DNA from: a virus | Reading direction: 5' to 3' (one strand) | Length of the DNA stretch: 64,000 nucleotides | IMG/VR virus record: IMGVR_UViG_3300029994_000005 | Span: 3,761 to 67,760 of that record | Shown: positions 1-9,656 of the stretch, one piece after another | Layout of the letters: every line of letters starts with the position of its first letter | How positions within the stretch are numbered: position 1 is the stretch's first letter | Program-made: the position numbers and the translations under genes | Notes under the pieces: model-generated | Databases searched by the model: none | What the model was told of the DNA's origin: nothing | Seen by the model: the letters and a program-made list of their open reading frames with translations, nothing else

Positions 1-1
1 G

Positions 2-1288
2 CTCCGCGTAGGTATCTCAACTCGTAAGACTCGTTACGGTTTGATGAATGCTCAGATTGAAAACGCAGAAGCTGAAGGACGTACTGTCCGCCGCTGGACT
101 GCATTCGAGTTCGTAGAGCGTTGCACGGATGAAAGATCCGGAACAGATAAAATTCCACTCTTCGTTAACCAAGATGTCATGGAGGTCCTTACTGAAGAAC
201 AGTTCTTGAAAAAGGACCGTGTTAAACAAAAAGACTACACGATGTATGAGGGCTTTACTGGCTGTGCCACATGCCCTATCTTCTCTATCTGCTTGACGGA
301 TGCTAAGAAACAGACTTCCACATCACCAATGCTTAAGAATCTGGACGTCGATTTGATCCAGAAGGTTAAGACCGGTGGATCTGACTGGGCACTTGCTCAG
401 CTCATGAATTTAAAGCCCTCAGTTGAAGGCATCATCTACCGTGAATTCGAAGAGAAGACTCACATCAAGGACTGGAACCAGATGTGGATGATTCTCACTG
501 GTAAAGAGTTCCCAGGTGAGTGCACACACGATATCTTCGTTGCAAAGTGCCATGAGATGCACCTTCCGTGCTACGCCGGGATTGACTGGGGATATTCATC
601 ACCTAACACCGTCGTATTTTTCTTTATGGATAAGCGCGACAACGTCTTTATTGTGAAGACAGATGGTATGACCCAGATCTCGTCTCCAACTTGGATTCAC
701 CATATTAAGACTAAGTACCACAATAAGTACCGCGTCCAATTATATGTTCCTGACCAAGCGGATCAGGGCGCTATTCAGGAAATGCGTAAAGCTGGTCTGC
801 CCGCACATAATGACGCGAAGAAACCCGAAATCATGACGGGTATCCAAGTCATTAAGAAGCTCTTAAAAGTTCCAGGCGGACAAGAAGCGAAACTCTTTAT
901 GGCACGAGACACTACGTCTCATATCCAATCTGAGTTCAGTCTTTATCACTATAAGCTAGATGCTGCAGGCGAACCTACAGATCAACCGGATACTGAGAAC
1001 GATCACTGGTTAGATGCCTTGCGTTATCCGCTCAGCGTTCTCCTTGGTAAAGCTCAAATTATTCTTGGTGGCGGAATGGATCTAGAGACATCCGCAGACA
1101 TTAGAGGCAATGATGGCACATATAGCAGAACACCCACTGCTGCAGAGTTTGCCACAACACAGGGAATCCCGTTTAGTCAGAACGAGCAAGACGCCTCTAA
1201 GATGGGTAAGATAGGAAAGAAGTCTGAACTGGACGATGATGGCGGCGACGACTCTGGAAGCAATTCAGGATTTCTTTGGTCTTTTTAG
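2..1288 (+). CDS. terL: Terminase large subunit, 5'-partial; the frame is open to the window edge
   Basis: In-frame open reading from base 2 with no stop. The C-terminal half has RNaseH-like nuclease motifs (DWGYSSPNTVVFFFMD, NDHWLDALRYP) typical of phage large terminases. It sits directly upstream of the portal gene. Confidence 0.8.
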   Translation, partial: LRVGISTRKTRYGLMNAQIENAEAEGRTVRRWTAFEFVERCTDERSGTDKIPLFVNQDVMEVLTEEQFLKKDRVKQKDYTMYEGFTGCATCPIFSICLTDAKKQTSTSPMLKNLDVDLIQKVKTGGSDWALAQLMNLKPSVEGIIYREFEEKTHIKDWNQMWMILTGKEFPGECTHDIFVAKCHEMHLPCYAGIDWGYSSPNTVVFFFMDKRDNVFIVKTDGMTQISSPTWIHHIKTKYHNKYRVQLYVPDQADQGAIQEMRKAGLPAHNDAKKPEIMTGIQVIKKLLKVPGGQEAKLFMARDTTSHIQSEFSLYHYKLDAAGEPTDQPDTENDHWLDALRYPLSVLLGKAQIILGGGMDLETSADIRGNDGTYSRTPTAAEFATTQGIPFSQNEQDASKMGKIGKKSELDDDGGDDSGSNSGFLWSF

Positions 1289-1311
1289 TGTTTATATGGT
1301 ATTATTAAGTT

Positions 1312-1902
1312 ATGAAGTTTTGCCCATCTTGCAATCAAGAAAAATCTAAGTTAGATTTCTATACAAATAAAAGAACACCTGATGGTGTCAGCTATACCTG
1401 CAAGTCTTGTATGTCCGCATATTCTAAACAGTATAGGGCCGACAATGAGGCTAGATTAGCACAATTAAAGAAAAACTGGTATGTCGAGAATAAGGAAGAA
1501 GCTCTTGCTTATGCTGCTGAATACTATCAGCAGAATAAAGAAGAAATAATTAAAAAAGTAGTTAATTATCGCTCTAAGAGATTAAAAACCGATGTAGAGT
1601 TTCGATTACAGAAAAACTTGCGGCATAGGTTGGGTAAGCTACTAAAACAGCAATCTTCGTCTATAGCTGTAACATTTCTAGGCTGTTCTTTAGAAGAGTT
1701 CAAACTTCATCTTGAGAGAAATTTTCAACCTGGTATGACTTGGGATAATTATGGGTCAAGAGGCTGGCATATAGATCATAAAATGCCCCTTTCGGCATTT
1801 AATCTTCAGAATGAAGAAGAAGTGAAGAAAGCTTGTCATTATAGCAATCTTCAGCCGCTCTGGTGGCAGGACAACCTTTCAAAGAGTAATAAGGTAGAAT
1901 AG
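1312..1902 (+). CDS. HNH homing endonuclease with an N-terminal Zn ribbon
   Basis: N-terminal CPSC...CKSC pairs. C-terminal HNH core GWHIDHKMP...N...LQPLWWQDNLSKSNK. Paralogous to the ORFs at 11200 and 50677. Confidence 0.8.
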   Translation: MKFCPSCNQEKSKLDFYTNKRTPDGVSYTCKSCMSAYSKQYRADNEARLAQLKKNWYVENKEEALAYAAEYYQQNKEEIIKKVVNYRSKRLKTDVEFRLQKNLRHRLGKLLKQQSSSIAVTFLGCSLEEFKLHLERNFQPGMTWDNYGSRGWHIDHKMPLSAFNLQNEEEVKKACHYSNLQPLWWQDNLSKSNKVE

Positions 1903-1906
1903 CTAC

Positions 1907-3901
1907 ATGGCATTATGGGACGACTGGATCAAAAAACAAATCAAGGGCGAAATTGACGAGCTGCTTAAAGCAGACGGCGTTTCTCTTCAAAATGAAACCC
2001 CTGCAACTGCACCTACTGGTATGGTTCAAGGTGCCTATACTGCGGACATTCTTCCGGATGGCAACACACTTCCAGATGGTTCTAAAGACATCGGTCGTAA
2101 GTCGCTGATCGATGACCCGTACTTCGACAACCTGACAACTCAGGTTAACTATAAACACAAGCTGTCGCGTCTTACTAACCGGATGCTTAAAGAAGTATCT
2201 ATCCGTGACTGGTTGGTCTCATCGATCATCCAAGCCCGTGTTGATACCCTTTTGCGCTTCTCGCGTCCCGAGCACCGTCGCCATGAGATGGGTTTCCGCT
2301 TTGTTAAGAAAGACCATAACGCTGAGTACACTCAAGATGAGCTTGGCGAAATTGCAGCATTAGAAGACTTCATCTACCACTGCGGCCGTAAAGAAGGAAC
2401 CCCTGTCGAAGATCGCATGATGTTCGGCGAATTCCTTAAGCTGATCGTGCGTGATGCTCTTACTTTCGGTCACGTTGCTATTGAAAAAGTTAAGACACGT
2501 AAGGGTGGATTGCACCGCTTCCGTCCATTGCCAGCTGAGTCCCTTTACCTGATCAACCGTCGCATGTCGAAGGAACAAGTAAAACAAGAAGACAAAGCTG
2601 CCAATAATACTTACCGCGTACCGGTAAGCGATAACGATCCTAAGCAGAACCAAGAGATCAATGATGTAATTCCTGAGTTCTATAAGTACGTACAGATGTC
2701 GTACAACATGCAGCCTATTGCTCACTTCGGTGAGGAAGATCTTATTTTTAAGAACTTTAATCCGCAAAACTTTGCAGATTCAAACGGTTATTGCTACTCT
2801 CCTTTGGAGTTGGCGATCATCAACATCACTAACCACTTGAACGTAGAGAATTACAATGCTAACTTCTTTACTCATGGTTATGCTGCACGAGGCGTTCTCC
2901 ACTTAAAGGGAACTGTTACTCAGTCTCAGCTGATGAACTTCCGTCGTCAGTTCTATAACACCATCTCTGGTCAGCAGCACGCTTGGCGTACTCCGATCGT
3001 TGCTGGTCTTGATGAAGTTCAATGGGTACCAATGTCTGGTTCGGCGAAGGAGATGGAATACATCAACTTCAACAACCACTTAATGCGTATCGTTTGCGCT
3101 CAGTTCCAGATTGATCCAGTAGAGCTTGGTTTAGATTATCTCGTATCTGCTAATGGTAAATCACCTGCGCAGCAGTCGAACAACGAATACAAGATCACCT
3201 ACTCTCGTGAGCGCGGTCTCTATCCGATCATGATGAACATCGAAGATCTCATTAACGGTGAGATCCTTCCTGGTGTTGACAAGGACCTGGCTAACAAGTA
3301 CAAGTTCACATTTACTGGCTACACAGACGAGACTCCTCAGACTGAAATTGCACAAATGCAAGCTGAGATGACTGTTTGGAAGTCAATGAACGATCTTCTT
3401 ATCCAGTCTCAAAAAGAGCGGTTGAAAACACCGGCCGGCGATCTTCCATTGAACCAGGCTTTCTGGGCCCTAGTCGAAAAGAATTACACTCGTGGTGAAA
3501 TCCGTGAGATTTTCTTTGGAGACAAAGGTGCTGCAGAGCGTCGTGAGTTGCAATATATCCCTGGAGATCCAGCATTCATGTCTTGGCAGCAAACTATCCT
3601 GGCTATTGACTCTGCTAAAGAGCAAAAAGAACAGGCTGCACAACAACAGACTGCTGAGCAACAGCAACAAGCAATGCAAATGAAGTTGCAAGAGCAACAG
3701 CATGGTCATGCTGAAGCTGGACACAAGCGTGATCAAGAGAAGCATGAAATGGAGATGGAACAACTGAAGGCGCAAGCCGCAGCTGACGCCGTTCACCACG
3801 GCAACCCTCTCGCAGACGCTGCAAAGCAATTCGGAGCTTCGGGAAGTTCTAATATTGGTGGTAAAGTTACTGCCAACCCGATCAATAAGTTAGATGAGTG
3901 A
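1907..3901 (+). CDS. Portal protein
   Basis: A 664-aa ORF immediately downstream of the terminase/HNH genes. Size and position are typical of a portal. The C-terminus is Gln/Glu-rich low complexity. Confidence 0.65.
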   Translation: MALWDDWIKKQIKGEIDELLKADGVSLQNETPATAPTGMVQGAYTADILPDGNTLPDGSKDIGRKSLIDDPYFDNLTTQVNYKHKLSRLTNRMLKEVSIRDWLVSSIIQARVDTLLRFSRPEHRRHEMGFRFVKKDHNAEYTQDELGEIAALEDFIYHCGRKEGTPVEDRMMFGEFLKLIVRDALTFGHVAIEKVKTRKGGLHRFRPLPAESLYLINRRMSKEQVKQEDKAANNTYRVPVSDNDPKQNQEINDVIPEFYKYVQMSYNMQPIAHFGEEDLIFKNFNPQNFADSNGYCYSPLELAIINITNHLNVENYNANFFTHGYAARGVLHLKGTVTQSQLMNFRRQFYNTISGQQHAWRTPIVAGLDEVQWVPMSGSAKEMEYINFNNHLMRIVCAQFQIDPVELGLDYLVSANGKSPAQQSNNEYKITYSRERGLYPIMMNIEDLINGEILPGVDKDLANKYKFTFTGYTDETPQTEIAQMQAEMTVWKSMNDLLIQSQKERLKTPAGDLPLNQAFWALVEKNYTRGEIREIFFGDKGAAERRELQYIPGDPAFMSWQQTILAIDSAKEQKEQAAQQQTAEQQQQAMQMKLQEQQHGHAEAGHKRDQEKHEMEMEQLKAQAAADAVHHGNPLADAAKQFGASGSSNIGGKVTANPINKLDE

Positions 3902-3957
3902 GTTATATGTTTATAGAGGTCGCATGGTTTCATATAGAGACTATGCGGCCTACTGTC

Positions 3958-4012
3958 AAGTACTCCGGGTATTATTTCGTCTAGAGGTTATAGACGAACA
4001 AGTAGTACTTGA
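3958..4012 (+). other. Nested inverted repeat (compound hairpin) in the portal-downstream intergenic region
   Basis: Outer stem caagtact (3958-3965) pairs with agtacttg (4005-4012). Inner stem tcgtcta (3978-3984) pairs with tagacga (3992-3998), with a 7-nt loop. Confidence 0.4.
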
Positions 4013-4069
4013 TTCCGTTCTGGAGTTCATACCGTTCTTTGTATAATCTCTTCTGATGAGGAGATTTCA

Positions 4070-4918
4070 ATGTCGTTAGTAATACTTGAAGGATTAGACC
4101 GTACCGGGAAATCTACAATTGCCGACTATTTCGAAACCCTCGGTTTTGAAAAGCTTCACATGTCTGCTCCTCCAAAAGGCACGACATCAGACCAATACCT
4201 GCAAGACATCGTTGAGTTAGTTTCTTCTGCTGCAAACAAAGATATGGTTCTTGACCGTTCTCACTATGGTGAGTTGGTATGGCCACAGGTTTATGGACGT
4301 AAAGCTCTTCTCGACGACGAGGCAATTGAAATGATCCGTGAGATCGAGCAATCAGTTGGCGTTCAACGCCTCTGGCTGACAGATGATGATCTGAAGGGTC
4401 ACTGGCAGCGTTGCGTCGACAATAAGGAGCCTTTGGACAAGGCCCAATTCACTCGCGCACGTGGACTGTTCTCGTCAATGGCACAGCAGTATGGATTTGA
4501 GAAAGTAACGTTACAGACGTTCCTGAAACAGTTCCCAGATGCACAGTCTATTGTAGACGCACAGAAAGCAACAGCTTTAGAAACTAAAACTTATCAGGTT
4601 ACTGGTTCTGGCGATCAGCAAGTAACTACAGAAGTAGATACAACTAAGGTTGTTTCATCTACTGTAGCTAAGTATCCAGGCAAGAGCCCAGAGCAACACA
4701 AACTTGAAGTTGCTAACGCAATTAACGGTATTCTTGCAAAGCCTATCCTCAAAAGCAAAGCTGCAGTGTATATTGATCTGGAGAATGAAGTTCGTAACTT
4801 CCTCACGACCAAACTAGGCAAGCTTCTTGGTGGACAGCAAGAGACTTCTTTGACTAACGAAGAAGTAAAGTTCTATAAAGAGATGTATAAAAGAGCTATG
4901 ACTAAAGGAGCAAACTAA
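4070..4918 (+). CDS. P-loop NTPase with a dNMP/dNK kinase-like N-terminal domain
   Basis: Walker A motif LEGLDRTGKST, followed by a DRS-type motif (VLDRSHYGELVW) as in the dNMP / deoxynucleoside kinase family. The C-terminal 150 aa are of unknown function. A preceding RBS is present (ggagatttcaATG). Confidence 0.55.
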   Translation: MSLVILEGLDRTGKSTIADYFETLGFEKLHMSAPPKGTTSDQYLQDIVELVSSAANKDMVLDRSHYGELVWPQVYGRKALLDDEAIEMIREIEQSVGVQRLWLTDDDLKGHWQRCVDNKEPLDKAQFTRARGLFSSMAQQYGFEKVTLQTFLKQFPDAQSIVDAQKATALETKTYQVTGSGDQQVTTEVDTTKVVSSTVAKYPGKSPEQHKLEVANAINGILAKPILKSKAAVYIDLENEVRNFLTTKLGKLLGGQQETSLTNEEVKFYKEMYKRAMTKGAN

Positions 4919-5487
4919 TGAAGGGTTTTCGTGTACCGCCTCAGCCTAACAAGAAAGAGGCACAACAAGCAGTTCAAACTGAGTTGGCTAATATCCAAAT
5001 GGCTAGTCGCATCTCGCAGATGATGACACAGCAATTGATGGAAAACGTCAAGAACATGAAGCAAGACCTCGGTGGAGCGCTTCAGCAGTTGATGGAAGTT
5101 CAATATAAGTTGAAAGCTATTCAAAAGCATTTCAACCTCAATGAAGCAGAGTTGAATGAGCTCTCTAACGCTCAGCGCCTGGTTGATTTTAACGAAGCAG
5201 CAGATAACGCTGACGTTCGTGAAAACCTGGTGGCAGCTGATGCTATCAGTGAAGATTCAACGATCACTATCACTTCTGTTGCAAAAAACGACAAAGGTGA
5301 GGATCAAGGCATCTTCCGCTCACGCCTTAAATTGTCCGAGTCTGGCGTTCCTGCTCTGATTCAAGACTTGCAAGGTAAAGGCGTTGGCGATAAAGTAACT
5401 GCTAAATTGAATGGTCTTGACCATGAAGTAGAAGTTCTCTCTATTCGTAATCCTTCGCCCTCAGCTTCGCTTGAGGTCGTACAGTAA
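4918..5487 (+). CDS. Hypothetical protein
   Basis: 189-aa ORF whose start overlaps the upstream stop (TAATG). Confidence 0.5.
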   Translation: MKGFRVPPQPNKKEAQQAVQTELANIQMASRISQMMTQQLMENVKNMKQDLGGALQQLMEVQYKLKAIQKHFNLNEAELNELSNAQRLVDFNEAADNADVRENLVAADAISEDSTITITSVAKNDKGEDQGIFRSRLKLSESGVPALIQDLQGKGVGDKVTAKLNGLDHEVEVLSIRNPSPSASLEVVQ

Positions 5488-5894
5488 TGTCTAATACACC
5501 AGCTCAAAAGATGGATAAGAGATGTCCAAGACGTCTCGAAGACATGCCGGACAGCTGGTGTCCGCTTGCAGTTCTACGTTTAAAAGCTATCCGTAATGCA
5601 GGTCGTGAGCTAACTGAAGACGAAGAAGCGTTACTGCCCGGGTGTCCCTGGGCCGTAGACCACCAGTTAGCTCACTATTGCTTCTTCGAATATCTTACTA
5701 AGTTTACCACAGAAAACTCGATCTCTGATATCGAGCTGGCAGGACTTCTTAATGTCTCGGTTGATACTGTTAAAAAGATTGAGAAGGGCGCTCTTACCAA
5801 GATGCGAGACCATAGCACCTTTTCAGATCTTAAAAAGGGTGGGGAACAAGTTGTTTCAGACTCCGATAGTCCGGACTATAAGATATACAGATGA
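5487..5894 (+). CDS. Sigma-70 region-4-like HTH protein
   Basis: C-terminal segment ISDIELAGLLNVSVDTVKKIEKGALTKMRD resembles sigma-70 region 4.2. The start overlaps the upstream stop. Confidence 0.5.
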   Translation: MSNTPAQKMDKRCPRRLEDMPDSWCPLAVLRLKAIRNAGRELTEDEEALLPGCPWAVDHQLAHYCFFEYLTKFTTENSISDIELAGLLNVSVDTVKKIEKGALTKMRDHSTFSDLKKGGEQVVSDSDSPDYKIYR

Positions 5895-6098
5895 AATTAT
5901 TTAAACTTTTTTTGGGAAGCAAACATATAAAGTTATATAAAGATCCACTAATATCTTTAATTGAATTATTAATGAAACTTGAATTACAGGCTGATATCGC
6001 ATATCCGCCCATTAAACCTATTGATGTGCTTGGTAAATTTGAAGTAGAAGAGTTGATATGACTTACTTTTAAGCCAGTTAACATGATACAATAAAACC

Positions 6099-6620
6099 AT
6101 GTCAATTGGAATTTACTGTATTAGAAATATAGCAAATGATAAGCGTTATATAGGCTCTTCTAGAAATATAGAGGCCCGCTGGCGTGTTCACAAAAGTCAT
6201 CTCCGTCATCGTAAGCATCACTCAGATCATCTTCAAAAGTCATACAATCTTGATAATTGTTTTTCTTATGAAATATTAGAGCATGTTGCTGATTTATCTA
6301 AGTTAGAAATAAGAGAACAATATTGGGTTGACTATTTTCAGTCATATAAAAGCGATTATGGCTACAATGCTGTAAAAACAGTATCTAAGATCGATCCACA
6401 AAGAATGCGTGAACGCTGGGCAAAACCGGGTGAAAAAGAAGCACAATCTGTTCGCATGAAAACTATATGTTCTTCAGCTGAACATAAATTTAAGCTGTCT
6501 AATGGTCATATAGAATACTTTCGTGATCCTAATAATCGATTGAAAAAGTTAGAACAAATACCTCATAAAAAGATGGTTCGCCATATAGAATCTGGCAAGA
6601 TCTATCTATCTATCTATTAA
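6099..6620 (+). CDS. GIY-YIG homing endonuclease; the catalytic domain is intact but the C-terminus is frameshifted
   Basis: N-terminal motif GIYCIRNIANDKRYIGSS...R...N (GIY-YIG). The ORF stops right after a (TCTA)4 repeat at 6601-6617. Confidence 0.75.
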   Translation: MSIGIYCIRNIANDKRYIGSSRNIEARWRVHKSHLRHRKHHSDHLQKSYNLDNCFSYEILEHVADLSKLEIREQYWVDYFQSYKSDYGYNAVKTVSKIDPQRMRERWAKPGEKEAQSVRMKTICSSAEHKFKLSNGHIEYFRDPNNRLKKLEQIPHKKMVRHIESGKIYLSIY

Positions 6621-6720
6621 TCAGGCAGCTAAGAGCTTAGGTGTTTCTATTGTTAAGATAAGAGATAGCGCTAATGGCAAAAGAAGGTCAAATGGTGGAA
6701 TCTCATTTGAATGGGTAAAT
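6589..6720 (+). other. +1-frame continuation encoding a NUMOD/IENR-like DNA-binding helix of the GIY-YIG endonuclease
   Basis: The +1 frame reads ...SIYLSINQAAKSLGVSIVKIRDSANGKRRSNGGISFEWVNHEET*. This is typical of the C-terminal DNA-binding modules of I-TevI/Seg-type endonucleases. It has no start codon of its own. Confidence 0.55.
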
Positions 6721-6721
6721 C

Positions 6722-8392
6722 ATGAAGAAACGTAAACCTTTAGAAATTGATGGTGTTCTTGGTTCTGAGTTAAGAGATACTCAAGGCGAAATGCTGTCAG
6801 TTGAGGGTGCTGATATATCCGAATTAGAAGCTGGTCGTGGTCGCTGGAATGATAATCATGGTAAGGGCTTTTTTAATTCTATTGGTCGTATCACAAAAGC
6901 TAAAAAAATCTTTAAAAAAGAAGATTGCGAAGACGATAGGCAGAGATATTATTGGGATAAAATCAAAGCACCATATATCTATGGGGCTGGATATCTTTAT
7001 GATGATGACGACCATCCTAATGCCAAAGCCGCTGCTGCCATCTTACGTAACATCCATAAAGCAGATACACCGTTACAGTTGAAAGCTTCAGTTGAGGGTG
7101 GCGTCGTAGCGCGCGGCATTAAAGATCCATCTCTTTTAGCTAGAACAAAAATCCATTCCTGCGCTTTAACTTTTACTCCCGCGAATAATGCCACATTAAT
7201 TGAACCCATGAGTCTTAAGAAGTCTCAGTATGATGAGATTGCCGATATGCTTCTAATCAAATCGGTAATGCACTTGGCTCAGACAAACGTTCCATCGTTC
7301 CGTCATATTGCTAGAGATGCATCTGCTACTAAGGTACAGAACAATCTCGCCAAACTAGTTGATTTAATGAAGGAATTAGGAATTGAAGGCGAGATCACCA
7401 TACCTTCAAAAGAATCTATTCTTCGTAAAGCTTTAGAGCAAAAGATACAGTCGAATCTTGAAGAGATTCACGCTAAGATGGCTTCTCTAAAAAAAGAAGA
7501 ACTAGAAAAAGCGAAGATGAAGAATGCTATGACTGCTGCCGGTATAGGCGCAGCAATGGCTCTAGCTCCATCGATGGTTTCTTCGAGTGAACCAAAGGTT
7601 CAAAAACAACCTGTCGTACAGCAGCAAGTTAATCCTAAGGTTGAATTAAACGATGTGTTAGCTAATACCAGCAAGCAGTATCCATTGCTTGGTGCTATTG
7701 CTAACGTTGAATCCTCAAATGGAAAGAACCTTCAGCATAAGACAATGAACGAAGGTATTCACAAGGGAATGACTGCTGGTGGACCTTACGGAATGATGCC
7801 GCACTCTGCTGCATTTATCCTTCAAAAAGATCCAGAACTTGCTAAAAAGTACCCTAAGCTTTTAGCTTCGGCAAAAGATGTTAGCAAGCATCATAAAGAT
7901 TTTACAGACGCCTTTAATAACGATCCGCAAGCCGCAGCCGACTTTGCAGTCGCCTTTTATAAGAGAAACAAAGGGAAGACTAAGTCCGACCAACAGTTGA
8001 CTTACAGTTGGCTGAACGGTTTGAAGGGTTCGTGGGACAAATATAAAGAGGGCGGCGAACAAGCTCTCGATGAGCATCCTTATGTTCAGAATGTTATGAA
8101 GGAATATAGCAAACTGAAGCCTAAGAAAGCCGAGAAACCTAAGCAAGATAAGCCACTTAAGAAGGCTATGACTGCTGGGTATGGCGGTGGTGGAAGCCCT
8201 GGCGCTTTATCAGGTGGTGGAGTACTCCAAAGCGAAGCCTTGGACGAAGGACGGTCGAAACTAAAATATATTAGTTGCGATAATTGTGGAAAAGAGCAAG
8301 TCTACTCGAAACACCAGGTAAAATGTAGGGAGTGTGGTCACGGTATGAGTTTTGAAAAGCTCTATGGTGCCATGCGCGGTAACAAGAAGTAA
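6722..8392 (+). CDS. Prohead protease (S78/HK97-like N-terminal domain) fused to a coiled-coil scaffold-like region with a C-terminal Zn ribbon
   Basis: N-terminal RGRWNDNHGKGFFNSIGRI...LKASVEGGV resembles the HK97-family prohead protease. The middle is coiled-coil (EEIHAKMASLKKEELEKAKMK). The C-terminal CDNCG...CRECGHG forms a Zn ribbon. Confidence 0.6.
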   Translation: MKKRKPLEIDGVLGSELRDTQGEMLSVEGADISELEAGRGRWNDNHGKGFFNSIGRITKAKKIFKKEDCEDDRQRYYWDKIKAPYIYGAGYLYDDDDHPNAKAAAAILRNIHKADTPLQLKASVEGGVVARGIKDPSLLARTKIHSCALTFTPANNATLIEPMSLKKSQYDEIADMLLIKSVMHLAQTNVPSFRHIARDASATKVQNNLAKLVDLMKELGIEGEITIPSKESILRKALEQKIQSNLEEIHAKMASLKKEELEKAKMKNAMTAAGIGAAMALAPSMVSSSEPKVQKQPVVQQQVNPKVELNDVLANTSKQYPLLGAIANVESSNGKNLQHKTMNEGIHKGMTAGGPYGMMPHSAAFILQKDPELAKKYPKLLASAKDVSKHHKDFTDAFNNDPQAAADFAVAFYKRNKGKTKSDQQLTYSWLNGLKGSWDKYKEGGEQALDEHPYVQNVMKEYSKLKPKKAEKPKQDKPLKKAMTAGYGGGGSPGALSGGGVLQSEALDEGRSKLKYISCDNCGKEQVYSKHQVKCRECGHGMSFEKLYGAMRGNKK

Positions 8393-8474
8393 CGGCTACG
8401 TGTTTAAGTCTAGGCACGTGGTATATTTAATAAGAAATTGAGTTGAAACTCAAATTGTAAAAGGAGATAACCTC

Positions 8475-8873
8475 ATGGCAAATTCTGTAGCTATTCTTAA
8501 CAAGATGGCTCGTAACGCGACGATGCTCGGTCAGACTGTTGTGTCACAAAGTCAAACTGCAGTTGTAATCGCTAACGGTTCAAACAACCTCACAATCAGC
8601 TACGCTAATGCAGTATTCAGCCCCGCTGTTGTTGGTGGCGTTGATCCTACTGTTAGCCCGTACCTTGGTATTGGTGTTGGCAACCCTGGTCAGCTGGTTC
8701 TCCAGTCTGCAACTGGAACGACTGTTCCGACTGTAATCGACGGAGCTATTGCAGCTCAAGTTCTTTGCATGTTGGCAGCTCTTGCTAACGACATCATCAT
8801 CATGTCTGATGACGGTGTAACGCAACTCGCACGTATTCGTGGTCAAAGCGACATCATCGGCCTTGGTCAGTAA
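8475..8873 (+). CDS. Small head-associated hypothetical protein
   Basis: 132-aa ORF with a strong RBS (aaaggagataacctcATG), preceded by a hairpin (ttgagtt/aactcaa at about 8436-8451). Confidence 0.55.
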   Translation: MANSVAILNKMARNATMLGQTVVSQSQTAVVIANGSNNLTISYANAVFSPAVVGGVDPTVSPYLGIGVGNPGQLVLQSATGTTVPTVIDGAIAAQVLCMLAALANDIIIMSDDGVTQLARIRGQSDIIGLGQ

Positions 8874-8906
8874 TCTTAAACAGAACACTGATGAAAGGAG
8901 ACGATC

Positions 8907-9638
8907 ATGGATAACAAACTTACTAAAAGCCTCACCGATCTAATCGACGAGACTCTGATGGAACTTGACGAATTGCGTAAATCGCGTTTCGCCCCAGCTG
9001 AGATCAAAATCGAAGGTCCTGGTGCTGGTATCGACGGAAAGCCTTCTAATGGTGACCTTCACGCTAAAGGTGAAGACGCTAAAGACGAAGACAAAGACGA
9101 AGATAAAAAAGACAAAGACATGGACAAAGGCGAAAACGAGCTTGCTGCAAAAGGCGAGAACGAAGAAGCCGCTAAGTCTGACAAAGATGACAAAAAAGAC
9201 GATAAAGACGAAGACAAAAAAGATAAGAAAGACAAGGACGCCAAAGGCGGACAAGAGCACGAAGCTGAAGAGCGTAAGGCTATTGGAAAACTTGCTGACT
9301 TAGCTGATATGAAGAAATCTTTAGACGCTTCTGAGTCTCTTATGAAGAGCTATGTTGAAGAGCGCGTTGCTCCTCTCGAAGCTAAACTTTCTACGATCCT
9401 TGACTTAGTCAATAAGATTGCAGATCAGCCTGTTGCTCCTCGCGGTGCAACTGCTAGAACTACCCCACTGTTGAAATCAGCAGATGAAGGTGATTCTGAA
9501 CCACTAACAAAGGCTCAGGTAGCTTCCAAGCTATTTGAATTGAAAAAATCGGGTACTCGCGTTGACTCTTTAGATATTACTAAAGCTGAAATGGGACAGG
9601 ACCTTAAACAAATCGCTAAGAAATACGAGATTTCGTAA
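8907..9638 (+). CDS. Acidic coiled-coil protein, probably a scaffolding protein
   Basis: KDEDKDEDKKDKD low-complexity acidic tracts. It sits immediately upstream of the major capsid gene. RBS is ggagacgatcATG. Confidence 0.55.
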   Translation: MDNKLTKSLTDLIDETLMELDELRKSRFAPAEIKIEGPGAGIDGKPSNGDLHAKGEDAKDEDKDEDKKDKDMDKGENELAAKGENEEAAKSDKDDKKDDKDEDKKDKKDKDAKGGQEHEAEERKAIGKLADLADMKKSLDASESLMKSYVEERVAPLEAKLSTILDLVNKIADQPVAPRGATARTTPLLKSADEGDSEPLTKAQVASKLFELKKSGTRVDSLDITKAEMGQDLKQIAKKYEIS

Positions 9639-9656
9639 TCAAAGGAGAATGCGAAA

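Noticed and set aside
1913-3829. Minus-strand ORFs nested inside the portal gene: 1913-2158, 2149-2331, 2360-2767, 3161-3361, 3470-3829, 3615-3824
   Set aside because: They are antisense to a long, well-supported ORF, have no RBS, and have low-complexity translations.
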